The position numbers were made by a program, and so were the translations under genes. Below the pieces are notes generated by a model, which was not told the DNA's origin, ran no database searches, and worked only from the letters and a program-made list of their open reading frames with translations. A DNA stretch of 64,000 bases from Myxococcota bacterium (GTDB taxonomy: Bacteria > Myxococcota_A > UBA9160 > UBA4427), in the NCBI GenBank assembly GCA_965250285.1, contig OZ252299.1, forward strand, positions 4,672,001 through 4,736,000, written 5' to 3'. Each line of letters starts with the position of its first letter. The first letter of the stretch is position 1. This document shows positions 1 through 12,220 of the stretch, piece by piece.

Positions 1-586
1 CGAAGATGCCGAGGATGAGCAGGACGAAGGGGGAGCCACCGAGCGGCGCAGCCCGACCGGCGGGCCTTCGGTCGCGCATCTGATACTCGCCTCCGACCGC
101 CTGCACCATCGCCATCGCACCGCTGCGGATACCGCCCGGCATGTCGCCTCGCCGAAACGCCGGGAGCACGACCGCGTGGATGATGTTGGAGGAGACCGCG
201 TCGGTCAGCATGCCTTCGAGCCCGTAGCCGACCTCAATGCGCACCTCGCGTTCATTCGGCGCGACGATCAGCAGCGCTCCGTTGTCGCGCCCTTTCTGGC
301 CGATGCCCCACGCGCGGCCCAGCTGATAGCCGAACTCTTCGATCGTGCGGCCCTGCAGCGAGTCGAGGGTGACGACGACGATCTGGTTCGACGTCGCGTT
401 CTCGTGCCCTTCGAGCATGCGCTCGAGCTGAGCCATCTCGTTCGACGAGAGCAGGCCGGCTTCGTCCACGACGCGTCCGGTGAGCGGCGGAAACTCGAGC
501 TCGGCGAACGCGGGCAGCGCAAGCGCGAGCCAGAAGGCGAGCCCGATCGCGCATGCGACCGGGGCCGAGGCGCCGTGTCGGCTCAA
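1..586 (-). CDS. TPM (TLP18.3/YgcG) domain protein, truncated at left window edge
   Basis: Manual translation: signal peptide, then FPPLTGRVVDEA...SNQIVVVTLDSLQGRTIEEFGYQLGRAWGIG. Probable TTG start overlaps the lemA stop; the lemA-TPM pairing is canonical. Confidence 0.85.
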   Translation of the reverse strand, partial: MSRHGASAPVACAIGLAFWLALALPAFAELEFPPLTGRVVDEAGLLSSNEMAQLERMLEGHENATSNQIVVVTLDSLQGRTIEEFGYQLGRAWGIGQKGRDNGALLIVAPNEREVRIEVGYGLEGMLTDAVSSNIIHAVVLPAFRRGDMPGGIRSGAMAMVQAVGGEYQMRDRRPAGRAAPLGGSPFVLLILGIF

Positions 587-1212
587 AAGCTCACCTTCGG
601 CGCTTCGTTTGCATCGGGCGTGGTCGCCTCGAACGTCTCGCGCAGCTCGAGGTCGCTGTACATGAGCGAGTGCCAGAGGCGCCCTGGAAACGTGCGGATC
701 TCGGTGTTGAACCGCTCGACGGCCTGGATGTAGTCGCGTCGCGCGACCGAGATGCGGTTCTCGGTGCCCTCGAGCTGACTCTGCAGCGCCAGGAAGTTCT
801 GATTGCTCTTGAGGTCGGGGTAGCGCTCGGCGACGAGCATCAGGCGACTGATCGCGCCCCCGAGCTGCTGCTGCGCCTGCTCGAACTTCTGCAGCGCCGC
901 GGGATCGTCGATGATGTCTCGCGAGACCTGCATCGAGCCGACCCGAGCGCGCGCCTCGGTGACGGCCGTCAGCGTCTCCTTCTCCTGCGCGGCGAACCCC
1001 TTCACCGTCTCGACCAGGTTCGGGATCAGATCGGCCCGCCGCTGATACTGGTTCTCGACCTGCGCCCAGGCCGACTTCACCTGCTCATCGAGGGTCGGAA
1101 TCGTGTTGATCCCGCACCCCGTCGCGAACACGACGAGCACGAGCAGAGCACAGGCGGCGCGCATGCGCCCGGCGACACGAATGAGCGAGGATCGATTGAC
1201 GCGAACGGACAT
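583..1212 (-). CDS. lemA: LemA family protein
   Basis: WAQVENQYQRRADLIPNLVETVKG and YPDLKSNQNFLALQSQLEGTENRI motifs; start chosen at ATG 1212. Confidence 0.95.
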   Translation of the reverse strand: MSVRVNRSSLIRVAGRMRAACALLVLVVFATGCGINTIPTLDEQVKSAWAQVENQYQRRADLIPNLVETVKGFAAQEKETLTAVTEARARVGSMQVSRDIIDDPAALQKFEQAQQQLGGAISRLMLVAERYPDLKSNQNFLALQSQLEGTENRISVARRDYIQAVERFNTEIRTFPGRLWHSLMYSDLELRETFEATTPDANEAPKVSF

Positions 1213-1350
1213 CGGTCTCCCTTCCGGTTCGGTGGCATGCGGTTCGTCGGGCGAGAGGATCCACGCCCTCCCCTCCAGACGCAAATGCAGCGAGAACTCT
1301 GCACCCGGATCGCCAACGGGATCGACCCGGGGCGCACGCGCAGCCGCCGA

Positions 1351-3042
<1,692 letters not shown>

Positions 3043-3142
3043 GCTGGATCTCTCGATCTTGCGGGGGAGTGGGGCGCGGCCAGAGAAGATAGGCCACATC
3101 GCTGGCGGCCGGGCCCAGCCGTCCGCGCGAACGGCTGCCCTG

Positions 3143-5116
3143 CTAGACCAGATCGACGTCCGCCATGATCTCGACCAGGCTCGGGCCCTCGGTCTCGATC
3201 GCCTCGCGGAGCGCCCCCTCGAGACCGATCGACGCCGTGACGCGGATGCCGCGCGCGCCGCAGAGCTCGGCGTAGTCGGCGAACGAGGGATTCGAGAGGT
3301 TCGTCTCCCAGACCGGCCACTCGCCCGACTTCTGCTCTTTGCTGATCTTGCCGAGCTCGTCGTTGCGGACCAGCACGTGCGTGATGTTCATGCCGTACTT
3401 CACCGCCGTCGTGAGCTCGCCCATGTACTGGCCGAAGCCACCATCGCCCGAGACCGAAACCACCTTGCGGCCGGCGAAGCGTGGATCGTCCTCCTGGGTC
3501 GCCACCCAGGCGCCGAGCGCGGCCGGCAGCGCGAAGCCGATGCTGCCGAGATACCCACTCATCAGCACCGCCTGTCGCCCCGAACACTCGAAGTAGCGAC
3601 CGAACGAGTAGGTGTTGTTGCCCACATCGACCGGCAGGATCGCGTCGTCGGGCACGACCTGCGACAACGCCTCGAAGATCGACGCGCTGTTGACGCCGTG
3701 GCCGCGATCGTCGCTGCGACGTCGCTCCTTCTCGGCGCGCCAGATCGACCAGCGTTCGGCGACCTCACCGCGCTGGTCGGTGGCGGCCACCCGATCGGGC
3801 AACGCGGCCTGCATCGCTTCGACCGTGGCTGCGATCTCACCCCAGACCGGCACGTCGACGGCGTGAAACTTGCCGAGCGCCATCGGGTCGAAGTCGATCT
3901 GCACCGTCGGCTTCTTCGGCGTGATGCCGGTGTGGTTGCTGAAGCTCGCGCCGAGCACGACGAGCAGGTCGCACTCGTTCATGAACCACGACGCGATGGG
4001 TGTCCCGCTGCGACCGAGCACGCCGCAGCCGAGGGGATGTGTATCCGACACCAGACCCTTGGCCTTGAAGGTCGTCAGGATCGGCGCGTTCACCCGCTCG
4101 GCGAGCGCGATGACCGCGGGCATGTCGAAGCGCGCGCCATGGCCGACGATGAAAACCGGACGCTTCGCCTCGGCGAGTCGACGCACGGCTTCGTCGAGCG
4201 CCTCCTTCGGCGGCTGAATGGATCGCGGCGTCACGCGACCCGTCGGCCCGCCGGCCTCGGCGCCCTCGGGCGCCGGCAGCGTCTGCACCTCGTCGGGGAA
4301 GACCAGGTGCGATACGCCCCGGTTCAGGATCGCGCTCTTGCACGCGAGGTTGATCAGCTCGGCGTGGCGACTCGTCGGCAGCACCGTCTGCGCCCACTGC
4401 GCGACCTTGCCGAAGGCCGCCATCAGGTCGATCTCCTGGAACGCGCCGGGGCCGAGCACCTGGGTGTCGACCTGGCCCGTCAGCGCAATGGCCGGGGCAC
4501 GATCGACGTTCGCGTCCCACAGACCGGTGAGCAGGTTGGTCGCCCCGGGGCCCGCGATGCTGAGGCACGCCGCGGGCCGTCCGGTCAGCTTGCCGTAGGC
4601 TGAGCACGCAAAGGCCGCGGCGCCCTCGTGGCGAATGCCGACGTAGCGCAAACGACCGCCGTCGCTCTCGCGTCGCATTGCGTCGGCCAGGCCGAGGTTC
4701 GAGTGCCCCACCATGCCGAACACGTTGCGCACGCCCCAGGCGGTGAGCGTCTGCGCCATCAAGTCGGAGACGGTCTCGACGTGCTCGACGATCTCTTCGA
4801 CGCCGACGTAGACGCCATCGTCGCGCAGCTCGACGGGATAGGTCTCGACGCAATCGCCGAAACCATCGGGCGGCACGCCCGTGGTCGGGTGGTAGTCCCA
4901 ACCATGCCACGGGCAACGCAGCCAGCCCTCTTCGATCGACCCCTCGCCGAGCGGTCCGCCCTGGTGGGGACACTTGTTCGAGAGCGCGGCGATCGTGCCT
5001 TCGAAGTGCGTCATGCAGACCGTGTGGTTGCCCAGCGTCTTGGGCACGACCCGGCCCTCGAGCAGCTCGCCCGGGTCGAGGGCCTTGTGCCAGACCGTCC
5101 GCGTCGTCTCACTCAT
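3143..5116 (-). CDS. Rieske [2Fe-2S]-fused thiamine diphosphate enzyme (pyruvate oxidase/acetolactate synthase family)
   Basis: N-terminal CPHQGG...[23 protein letters not shown] and the ThDP motif SGDGGF...N. Confidence 0.88.
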   Translation of the reverse strand: MSETTRTVWHKALDPGELLEGRVVPKTLGNHTVCMTHFEGTIAALSNKCPHQGGPLGEGSIEEGWLRCPWHGWDYHPTTGVPPDGFGDCVETYPVELRDDGVYVGVEEIVEHVETVSDLMAQTLTAWGVRNVFGMVGHSNLGLADAMRRESDGGRLRYVGIRHEGAAAFACSAYGKLTGRPAACLSIAGPGATNLLTGLWDANVDRAPAIALTGQVDTQVLGPGAFQEIDLMAAFGKVAQWAQTVLPTSRHAELINLACKSAILNRGVSHLVFPDEVQTLPAPEGAEAGGPTGRVTPRSIQPPKEALDEAVRRLAEAKRPVFIVGHGARFDMPAVIALAERVNAPILTTFKAKGLVSDTHPLGCGVLGRSGTPIASWFMNECDLLVVLGASFSNHTGITPKKPTVQIDFDPMALGKFHAVDVPVWGEIAATVEAMQAALPDRVAATDQRGEVAERWSIWRAEKERRRSDDRGHGVNSASIFEALSQVVPDDAILPVDVGNNTYSFGRYFECSGRQAVLMSGYLGSIGFALPAALGAWVATQEDDPRFAGRKVVSVSGDGGFGQYMGELTTAVKYGMNITHVLVRNDELGKISKEQKSGEWPVWETNLSNPSFADYAELCGARGIRVTASIGLEGALREAIETEGPSLVEIMADVDLV

Positions 5117-5217
5117 CGTTCGCTTCCTCTATCTCGTTCGACGACGCCGTTCGACGTCGACTCGGGTCGATTCGCGAGCGCGCGTCGCCGCGGCGACCGC
5201 TTCGCGCTGACTTCGCT

Positions 5218-6075
5218 TCAGACGACACCCGCCCGCAGCGCCGCTTGGCTCGCGTCGACACGGCCGGCGATGAACCTTTCGACACCGGCGCGCTGGGCGG
5301 CGACGGATTCGCAGCTCATCTCGCTCGCCGTCAGCACGGCGGCCGTGAATCCGTCCGTATGCCAATGGCCGGGGCCTTCGACGTCGGGCAGCGCATCCGC
5401 CGACGGCGCCGGCCAAACCGAGACGTACCAATAGGGCTCGGCGTAGCTCTCGTCGCCGAGCGACAAACCGAAGCCGACCGTCGACTGGGCCGTGCCATCG
5501 GGCGCGGTGTCGACGGCGAAGAGCGAGCCCGCATCGAAGTGATGGGGCCAGACACGGAGGGGGGCCGCGCCCGGGTGCGCATCGGCGCGCGCGCCGAGCA
5601 CGTCGAACGCGGCGGCGAACCAGGCTGCGAGCTGACCCGATGCGGCTGGATCGGGGCGCTCGAACTTCGCACCGCGCGCGACGGGGTGATCGGGCAGATC
5701 GTAGGGCGAGCGCGGCAGACCGGGCGCGGCGACGATCACACCCGCTTCGGCGAGGGCGTGGGTGGCGTCTTCGAGCGCGTCGCCGGGGGTTCGGCCATGC
5801 AGCGACACGCGAGCCGCCGCCCTCCCCTCACCATCGCGCGCCTCGATCTCGAAGCGCTCGATCGCGAGCGCGAGCGTGACGCCGTCGGCCGACAGGCGGC
5901 GCGAGACGAGCGCGCGATTCGCCTCGTCCCAGCCGAGGTTCGGATGCGAGTCATCGAGCGCAGGCTCGAGCAGCGCCATCGCGCCGGCAGAGACGATCTG
6001 CGCGGCGTGGTGCAGCTGCAGGCGCGCATCGACGAGATCGACCGGCGCCACGCTGCCGAGCAGAGCCCAGACCAT
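5218..6075 (-). CDS. Hypothetical protein, DUF5996-like
   Basis: LQLHHAAQIV, WPHHFD and GDESYAEPYWY motifs; sits in the operon. Confidence 0.65.
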   Translation of the reverse strand: MVWALLGSVAPVDLVDARLQLHHAAQIVSAGAMALLEPALDDSHPNLGWDEANRALVSRRLSADGVTLALAIERFEIEARDGEGRAAARVSLHGRTPGDALEDATHALAEAGVIVAAPGLPRSPYDLPDHPVARGAKFERPDPAASGQLAAWFAAAFDVLGARADAHPGAAPLRVWPHHFDAGSLFAVDTAPDGTAQSTVGFGLSLGDESYAEPYWYVSVWPAPSADALPDVEGPGHWHTDGFTAAVLTASEMSCESVAAQRAGVERFIAGRVDASQAALRAGVV

Positions 6076-6106
6076 GTTCGTCGCCTCCCGTGGTCGCGCC
6101 GCCGGC

Positions 6107-7267
6107 TCAGATCTCGTAGATCAGCTTTCCATCGCGGCGGCGATAGACGCCCGCCTCGCCCAACACGCGTAGATGCTCGAGATGAGCGTAGGTCTCGCTC
6201 TCGGCCATGCCGCCCCAGCTGCGCTCTCGGAAGAGCTTCTGCATGAACGCTTCGACGGTGTTCGGGCCGATCTCGCCGGCGATCTCTTTGATGCGCGCCA
6301 GACGTTCGTCGTGGTGGATCTTGATGCCGTCGGTGCGGGCCTTGAGATCGTCGAAGGGGTGGCCATGGGCCGGGAGCACCTGGTCGACGTCGGGCAGGCT
6401 TCCGACCCGGTCGAGCGAGTCGAAGAACGCAGCGAGCGGATCCATGTAGCTCGACAGCCCGGAGATGTGAGGCGTAATCGTCGGCAGCACATGATCGCCG
6501 GCGAGGAAGAGCCCCTCGGCGGGATCGTGCAGGCAGATGTGATCCTCGGTGTGTCCGGGCGTATGGACGACGAACCACTCGCGTCCGGCGAGTCGAACCA
6601 CGTCACCGGCCTTCACCGGCTCGGTGATCTCGGGAAAGACCGAGGGCTGTCGAAGCAGCCGGCGAAGCGACCAGGCGAGCCGCATCTTGAGCGGCGGCTT
6701 CGGCCGCTCGCCGCCCCAGGGCGTGCCGCCCTCCCAGGCCTTGCGCGGCAGCTTCTCGCCAGGCCGCGCGAGTCGCCCTTCTTCCGTCGACGAGTCGACG
6801 TTCGCGTGCGGGGGCGTTCCCTCGCCGATGCCCTCACTCGGCCCGTGCAGGTGGGCGTGGGCGTGGCGATGCACCTCTTCGTGCTCGGCGAGATCTTCGG
6901 CCGACACGTCGACGTGCGGAATCGGCGACCCGAGCCGAAACGCGTCGTGCGCGATGACCTTCGCGCCGGTCTCGCGGGCGAGGCGCGACGCACCTCCGAA
7001 GTGATCGGGATGGCTGTGCGTCACGACCACGTGGTGGACGTGCTTCTTCGGGATCCCGGCCCGCTTGAGCCGCTCCATCAACGTCTTGTACGAGCTCGGC
7101 GTGGGCATGCCCGGGTCGACGAGGGTGGCACCCTCGTCATCGAGCAGGGCGTAGCAATTCACATGGCCGAGGCCCGGCATGCGGATCGGCAGCTCCATGC
7201 GGAGCACGTCCGGTCCGACCTCGGTCACCTCTTCACGAGCGTCTTCCTGTTCTTGTTTCCTGGGCAT
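6107..7267 (-). CDS. MBL-fold metallo-hydrolase
   Basis: THSHPDHFGG, TPGHT, GDHVL and PAHG motifs. Confidence 0.9.
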   Translation of the reverse strand: MPRKQEQEDAREEVTEVGPDVLRMELPIRMPGLGHVNCYALLDDEGATLVDPGMPTPSSYKTLMERLKRAGIPKKHVHHVVVTHSHPDHFGGASRLARETGAKVIAHDAFRLGSPIPHVDVSAEDLAEHEEVHRHAHAHLHGPSEGIGEGTPPHANVDSSTEEGRLARPGEKLPRKAWEGGTPWGGERPKPPLKMRLAWSLRRLLRQPSVFPEITEPVKAGDVVRLAGREWFVVHTPGHTEDHICLHDPAEGLFLAGDHVLPTITPHISGLSSYMDPLAAFFDSLDRVGSLPDVDQVLPAHGHPFDDLKARTDGIKIHHDERLARIKEIAGEIGPNTVEAFMQKLFRERSWGGMAESETYAHLEHLRVLGEAGVYRRRDGKLIYEI

Positions 7268-7324
7268 CCAGCGAGGCTAGCAGGCATGACGCAGCGTCAC
7301 GGGGTGGCCTGCATCGCCCTCGAC

Positions 7325-8137
7325 TCATTCGGGCGCCATGAGCGTGCAGCGGCCCGAGCTCGCATCGCGCGACACGACGGGCGCGGGCGGCAGCCGGAGC
7401 GCGCGTCCGTCACAGCTGCGCCGCTCCGCGGCGTCGTAGCGATAGCCATGCCACGGGCACTCGAGCACCCCGGGCTCGTCGGCAGCGGCGAAGAGGGGGC
7501 CGAGCATGTGGGGGCAGACGGACGGGTGCACCACGAAGTCTTCGCCCTCGGCCACCACGCGAAATCGGCGACCTTCGAACACGACGTCGAGGGGCAGGCG
7601 CGCCCGCAGATCGCGCTCGGGGCCGAGATCGACGGGCGTATCGGCGGGCGGCGAGACCTGCTCGCGCAGCCGCTCGGCGCGCTCGACCATCATCTCTTCG
7701 TCCTCGTCCCAGAGCTCGGTGTAGGCGCCGACGTAGGCCTGACCGAAGGCGGCCAGGGTCTCCTCGGGCAGCGGCTGCATCCTGAACTCGACCTCGACCC
7801 GGGTCGCGTCGTCGTCGGCGGCGGCGAGACGTGTCCAGACTTCGGTCCGCGCGGCCGCCTCGCCGTCGTCGTAGGCCAGAACGACGTAGTGGCCCGCGGC
7901 CCGGTCCGCCTTCAGCTCGACGGTCGACGTCGGGCCGCCGCCCGATTCGGTCAGCTTGGCGCGCCAGCCCTCGAAGCCGGCTTCGAGCTTCTCGATCGAG
8001 TCGAACGTCCGGGCATGCAGCCAGGGCAGATGCTCCCAGTCGAGCACGTTCTCCCAGACGCGGTCGAGCGACGCGGCGACCGTGCGCTCGTAGGTCGAGG
8101 CGGTCACGAGATCGGGCGAGGGCTCGAGGAGCGGCAT
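7325..8137 (-). CDS. SRPBCC/oxygenase catalytic-like domain with C-terminal Rieske domain
   Basis: N-terminal ENVLDWEHLPWLH; C-terminal CPHMLG...CPWHGY. Confidence 0.8.
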   Translation of the reverse strand: MPLLEPSPDLVTASTYERTVAASLDRVWENVLDWEHLPWLHARTFDSIEKLEAGFEGWRAKLTESGGGPTSTVELKADRAAGHYVVLAYDDGEAAARTEVWTRLAAADDDATRVEVEFRMQPLPEETLAAFGQAYVGAYTELWDEDEEMMVERAERLREQVSPPADTPVDLGPERDLRARLPLDVVFEGRRFRVVAEGEDFVVHPSVCPHMLGPLFAAADEPGVLECPWHGYRYDAAERRSCDGRALRLPPAPVVSRDASSGRCTLMAPE

Positions 8138-8152
8138 GCGGGGATCGTAGCC

Positions 8153-10078
8153 CTACGCGGGCGCGGCGCCGGGCACCGGCTCGTCGCCGTCTGCGTCCCC
8201 TTCGCGGTCGACCATGACCGGCATCTCCCAGAGCCCCATCGCCTCGAGGGCGCGCAGCGCGTCCTCGCGCTCGGGCGTGTGGATCGCCACGGTCACCTCG
8301 TCGCCCTTCGTGAGCGCGAGATCGGTCTGGAACGGCTCGGCCCGGCTCCCTCGATGCAGGGTGAGCACCATCGCCTTCTCGCCGAGTCCGGTCGGCGCCG
8401 AGGTCTCGCTCTCGTCGGGGTCTTCTTCGCTCGCCGCCGGCTCGCGGTAGCGGCGTCGCTCGAACTCGACGTCGCCGCGGCGACACCGAACGTCCCAGCG
8501 CTCGACGTCGTGGGGGCCCTCGAAGACGATGGCGGCGTGGCCGCGCTCCATGGCCTCGCGCACGAGACCGAGATCGGGCTGCCGGACCGCGAGCAGCGCC
8601 TTCGGCACCGAGAAGAGCTCACGGCCCCGAGCGCCGAACACGTTGTTGAGCGTCGCGTTGGGCGTGAGCGCGACCGTCGACGCGACGTTCTCGAAGCGCG
8701 CGCGCTGCAGGGTGCGCTCCTGGAGCGCGTTGCCGAAGACGACCGAGAAGCCGGCTTCTTCGGCAACGCGACAGCTCTGCGGGTTCGAATCGACGAACAC
8801 GACGCTGCGGTCGCCCTCGCGCAGCGCGCGACCGAGGGCGAGGCCCACGTGGTTCGCACCGAGGATGGCGATGACGCTGCGGCCCGGCAGTCGCACGCCG
8901 AGCAGACGGCCGATGGGGGCGGCGGTGAGCCCGGCGAGCACGACCGTGCAGGCGATGGTGAGAAACACCAGCGCACGCAGGTCGGTGCCTCCCGGCATTC
9001 CGGCCTCGTCGAGGCTCGACGCCACGACGGCGGCGACGGCCGCGGCCACGATGCCGCGCGGCGCGATCCACGCGATGAAGAGCCGCTCGCGGGTGCCGAG
9101 ATCGGAGCCGAGCGTCGAGATGAAGACGCCGAGCGGACGCACGATCAGCACGAGCGCGGCGACGACCGCTACGCCGCTCCAGCCGAGTCGTGCGACGTCG
9201 TCGAAGCGCACGTCGGCGGCGAGCAGCACGAAGAGCAGCCCGATCAACAGCACCGTCAGCTGATCCTTGAACTCGCGCAGATCGCGGTCGACCAGGGTCT
9301 CGCGGTTGCCGACGACGACGCCGGCGATCGTCACAGCGAGAATGCCGCTGTGCGACACCACCGCATCACAGCCGTTGAAGAGCAGCAGCACCGATGCGAG
9401 CGCAAAGATGTTCTCGTGGCCTTCGGGCACGAAGTTGCGGCGGCCGAGCAACCAGGCGAGCGCAAAACCGGCGGCCACGCCCATGCCGGCGCCGAAGCCG
9501 AGGCGCATCACGAGGGAGAGCCCCCCCATCGCGATCGAATCGACGTTGGGGGCCATCACCAGCTCGAGCACGAGCACCGCGACGATGGCGCCGATCGGGT
9601 CGATCAGCACGCCCTCTGCCTCGAGGACGGTCGCGACTCGCGAGCGCAGCCGCAGCTGAGAGACCAGGGGACCGATGACGGTCGGGCCGGTCACAATGAC
9701 GAGGCTGGCGAACAGGAAGCTCGTCGACCAATCCCAGCCGAGGAAGGCCCGGGCGAAGACGGCGCCGCCGACCAGCGTGACCAGCGCGCCCCAGGTGATG
9801 AGACGGCGAATCGGCGCCTGCTCGCGGCGCAGCCGCGAGATCTGCAGGTTGAGTCCGCCTTCGAAGAGGATGACCGCGACGGCCACGTCGACCAGCGCGA
9901 GCAGGCCGCCGCCGAGGGCGCCGGGCACGATCCAGCCGAGGCCGTCGGGGCCGAGCACGACGCCGGCGATCAACAGGGGCACGATGCCCGGCATGCGCAG
10001 GTGGCGCGCCGCCGACTGGCAGAGCACGCCGGCTGCAAGAGCCAGGGCCACGATCAGGGTGGGATGTGCGTGCTCCAC
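8153..10078 (-). CDS. CPA1 cation:proton antiporter (NhaP-like) with C-terminal RCK/TrkA-N domain
   Basis: ILFEGGL, TGPTVI, EGVLIDP and APRGIVAAA motifs; many TM segments; C-terminal Rossmann-like domain. Confidence 0.9.
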   Translation of the reverse strand: MEHAHPTLIVALALAAGVLCQSAARHLRMPGIVPLLIAGVVLGPDGLGWIVPGALGGGLLALVDVAVAVILFEGGLNLQISRLRREQAPIRRLITWGALVTLVGGAVFARAFLGWDWSTSFLFASLVIVTGPTVIGPLVSQLRLRSRVATVLEAEGVLIDPIGAIVAVLVLELVMAPNVDSIAMGGLSLVMRLGFGAGMGVAAGFALAWLLGRRNFVPEGHENIFALASVLLLFNGCDAVVSHSGILAVTIAGVVVGNRETLVDRDLREFKDQLTVLLIGLLFVLLAADVRFDDVARLGWSGVAVVAALVLIVRPLGVFISTLGSDLGTRERLFIAWIAPRGIVAAAVAAVVASSLDEAGMPGGTDLRALVFLTIACTVVLAGLTAAPIGRLLGVRLPGRSVIAILGANHVGLALGRALREGDRSVVFVDSNPQSCRVAEEAGFSVVFGNALQERTLQRARFENVASTVALTPNATLNNVFGARGRELFSVPKALLAVRQPDLGLVREAMERGHAAIVFEGPHDVERWDVRCRRGDVEFERRRYREPAASEEDPDESETSAPTGLGEKAMVLTLHRGSRAEPFQTDLALTKGDEVTVAIHTPEREDALRALEAMGLWEMPVMVDREGDADGDEPVPGAAPA

Positions 10079-10181
10079 CCGCGCTCCGCGCGCGGAGCGG
10101 GCTTCGGGGCCCGCCGCCCGCGCTCAGTTCGAGCGTCGACCGGTCGTGTGTGGGGCGACCCGCCGGGCCGCGCTCACTTCG

Positions 10182-11285
10182 CTAGTCGTCGCGCTCGCCA
10201 GCGATGAAGGCCTCCATCATGCGATGGGCCTCGTCGTCGGTGAACTGCTGCGGGGGGTGCTTCATGAAGTACGAGCTCGGCGAGTGCAGGATGCCGCCGA
10301 TGCCGCGGTCGAGGGCGATCTTGGCGCAGCGGATCGCGTCGATGCTGACGCCCGCTGAATTGGGCGAATCCTCGACGGAGAGCCGCATTTCGAGATTCAT
10401 CGGAACGTCGCCGAAGAGCTTCCCCTCCATGCGCAGGTAACAGACCTTGTTGTCGTTCTGCCACGGCACATAGTCGCTGGGGCCGACGTGGATGTTCTCG
10501 TCGTCGATGCGCGTCGCCGCGACGCTCTGGACGGCCTCGGTCTTCGACTCCTTCTTCGAAGCGAGTCGGTCGCGGTTCAGCATGTTGAGGAAGTCGGTGT
10601 TGCCGCCCGTGTTGAGCTGGTACGTGCGCTCGAGCTTCACACCGCGCTTGGCGAACAGGTCGGTCAGCGTGCGGTGCGTGATGGTGGCGCCGAGCTGGGC
10701 CTTGATGTCGTCGCCGACCATCGGCAGGCCCGCGGCCTTGAAGCGATCGCTGAACGCCGGGTCGCTCACGATGAAGACCGGCATGCAGTTCACGAGCGCG
10801 CAGCCCGCCTCGAGCGCGCACTCGGCGTAGTAGCGTGCGGCCTCTTCGGAGCCGACGGGCAGATAGCTCACCAAGACCTCGGCGCCCGAATCCTTCAGGA
10901 TGTCGACGATCTCGGCGCGCGTCGCCTCGGGCTCGTCCGAGGGCAGGAACGTGCGGCCCTCGTCGTAGTTCGACATGTGAGCTGCGACACCATCGAGCAT
11001 CGTGCCCATGCTGACGCGGACGCCCGTCTTCGGGACGTTCTCGCAGAAGACCGTCGTGCAGTTCGGCTGCTCGAAGATCGCCTCGCTGATGTCCTTGCCG
11101 ACCTTGCGCAGGTCGATGTCGAAGGCCGCGACGACGTCGATGTCGGAGGGGCCGTAGCCGCCCACGTCCCAGTGCATCAGGCCGATCTGGTCGTCGGCCT
11201 GCTGATGCTTGTAGTACTCGATGCCCTGGACCAGGGAGCTGGCGCAGTTGCCCATTCCCACGATCGCGATCTTGATCTTCGCCAT
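10182..11285 (-). CDS. ino1: myo-inositol-1-phosphate synthase
   Basis: GMGNCASSLVQG, GDDIKAQLGAT, GGNTDFLNM and DSPNSAG motifs. Confidence 0.95.
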   Translation of the reverse strand: MAKIKIAIVGMGNCASSLVQGIEYYKHQQADDQIGLMHWDVGGYGPSDIDVVAAFDIDLRKVGKDISEAIFEQPNCTTVFCENVPKTGVRVSMGTMLDGVAAHMSNYDEGRTFLPSDEPEATRAEIVDILKDSGAEVLVSYLPVGSEEAARYYAECALEAGCALVNCMPVFIVSDPAFSDRFKAAGLPMVGDDIKAQLGATITHRTLTDLFAKRGVKLERTYQLNTGGNTDFLNMLNRDRLASKKESKTEAVQSVAATRIDDENIHVGPSDYVPWQNDNKVCYLRMEGKLFGDVPMNLEMRLSVEDSPNSAGVSIDAIRCAKIALDRGIGGILHSPSSYFMKHPPQQFTDDEAHRMMEAFIAGERDD

Positions 11286-11800
11286 GGTTCCCCCGATGAG
11301 CGCCGAGCACTCATGTTTGCCGGATGGCCCAGACCTCCCCCCCGAGGTGCTGCTGGGCGACGCGTAAGCTTATCGCAGCGCCGCTCGCGCGGGCCCGACG
11401 ACTCGAATCTATGTAGCGACTCAGGCGCGCTCCGTTAACCGCCAATCGAGATCAGCCGAGGCGAATTCTTCCGAACTCCCAGCAGCCCGCTTGGGCTGCC
11501 CAGGGGGGAGAGGCCGAATGGGCCAGACACCTCGAGCATGGATTCGGGGGGCGGCGCGAGTCACAGACTCGCCGGATCACGCCGGCCGCAGTGTTGCCCA
11601 TCTGATCGTGCTTCGCCGCCCCGGTGAAGGCCCTTCCCCCCGCTCAGGCCATTTCATGTGGTGCGTCCCTTGGTTGCGGCGACGCCAGCGCCCGTTGGAT
11701 GCCGTCTCACCGGCGGTCGTTCGCTCCATTCCGCGCGAATCCGCTCCCTGCCTGACGAAATCGAGTCGGCCCGGCGAGTATCCCCGCCGGGCAATGCAGG

Positions 11801-12220
11801 TCAGCTCCCGCCGCTTCGCCCCGCCTGGACGAGGAAGAAGACGAGATCGGCCCGCGCCCCGGCGTCGCCGACGCCGGCCGCCACCATGCGATTGCCGGGC
11901 ACCACGCGCTGAGGATTGGCGAGAAATGCGTCGAGCGTCCGGGCGCTCCACACGAGATCGCTTCGTTCGAGCGCCTGCGAATAGGCGAAGCCGGGCAGAC
12001 TGCCCGCGCGCCGACCTTCGATCTGCTTGAGGTGAGGCCCGATCTTCTGCGCCTCCCCCGACAGGTCGTGACAGGCTGCGCACGGCGCCGCCACGCGCGC
12101 ACCGCGATCGAAGCGCTCGAGATCGGCAGGCGACAGCTGTGCGCGCACGTCGGCCCATGGGTCGCTGCAGCCCGTCTGGGCGAGCAAGGCCCCTGCGACG
12201 AACAGACCCAGCCGACGCAT
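11801..12220 (-). CDS. Class I cytochrome c lipoprotein (c2-like)
   Basis: Lipobox-like TGC, heme motif CAACH, KIGPHL and PGNRM axial Met. Confidence 0.88.
   Translation of the reverse strand: MRRLGLFVAGALLAQTGCSDPWADVRAQLSPADLERFDRGARVAAPCAACHDLSGEAQKIGPHLKQIEGRRAGSLPGFAYSQALERSDLVWSARTLDAFLANPQRVVPGNRMVAAGVGDAGARADLVFFLVQAGRSGGS

Noticed and set aside
11290..11800. 500-bp intergenic region upstream of ino1 as tRNA, ncRNA or riboswitch
   Set aside because: Only small hairpins; I could not recognise a tRNA cloverleaf or known RNA motif. An Rfam search would settle it.
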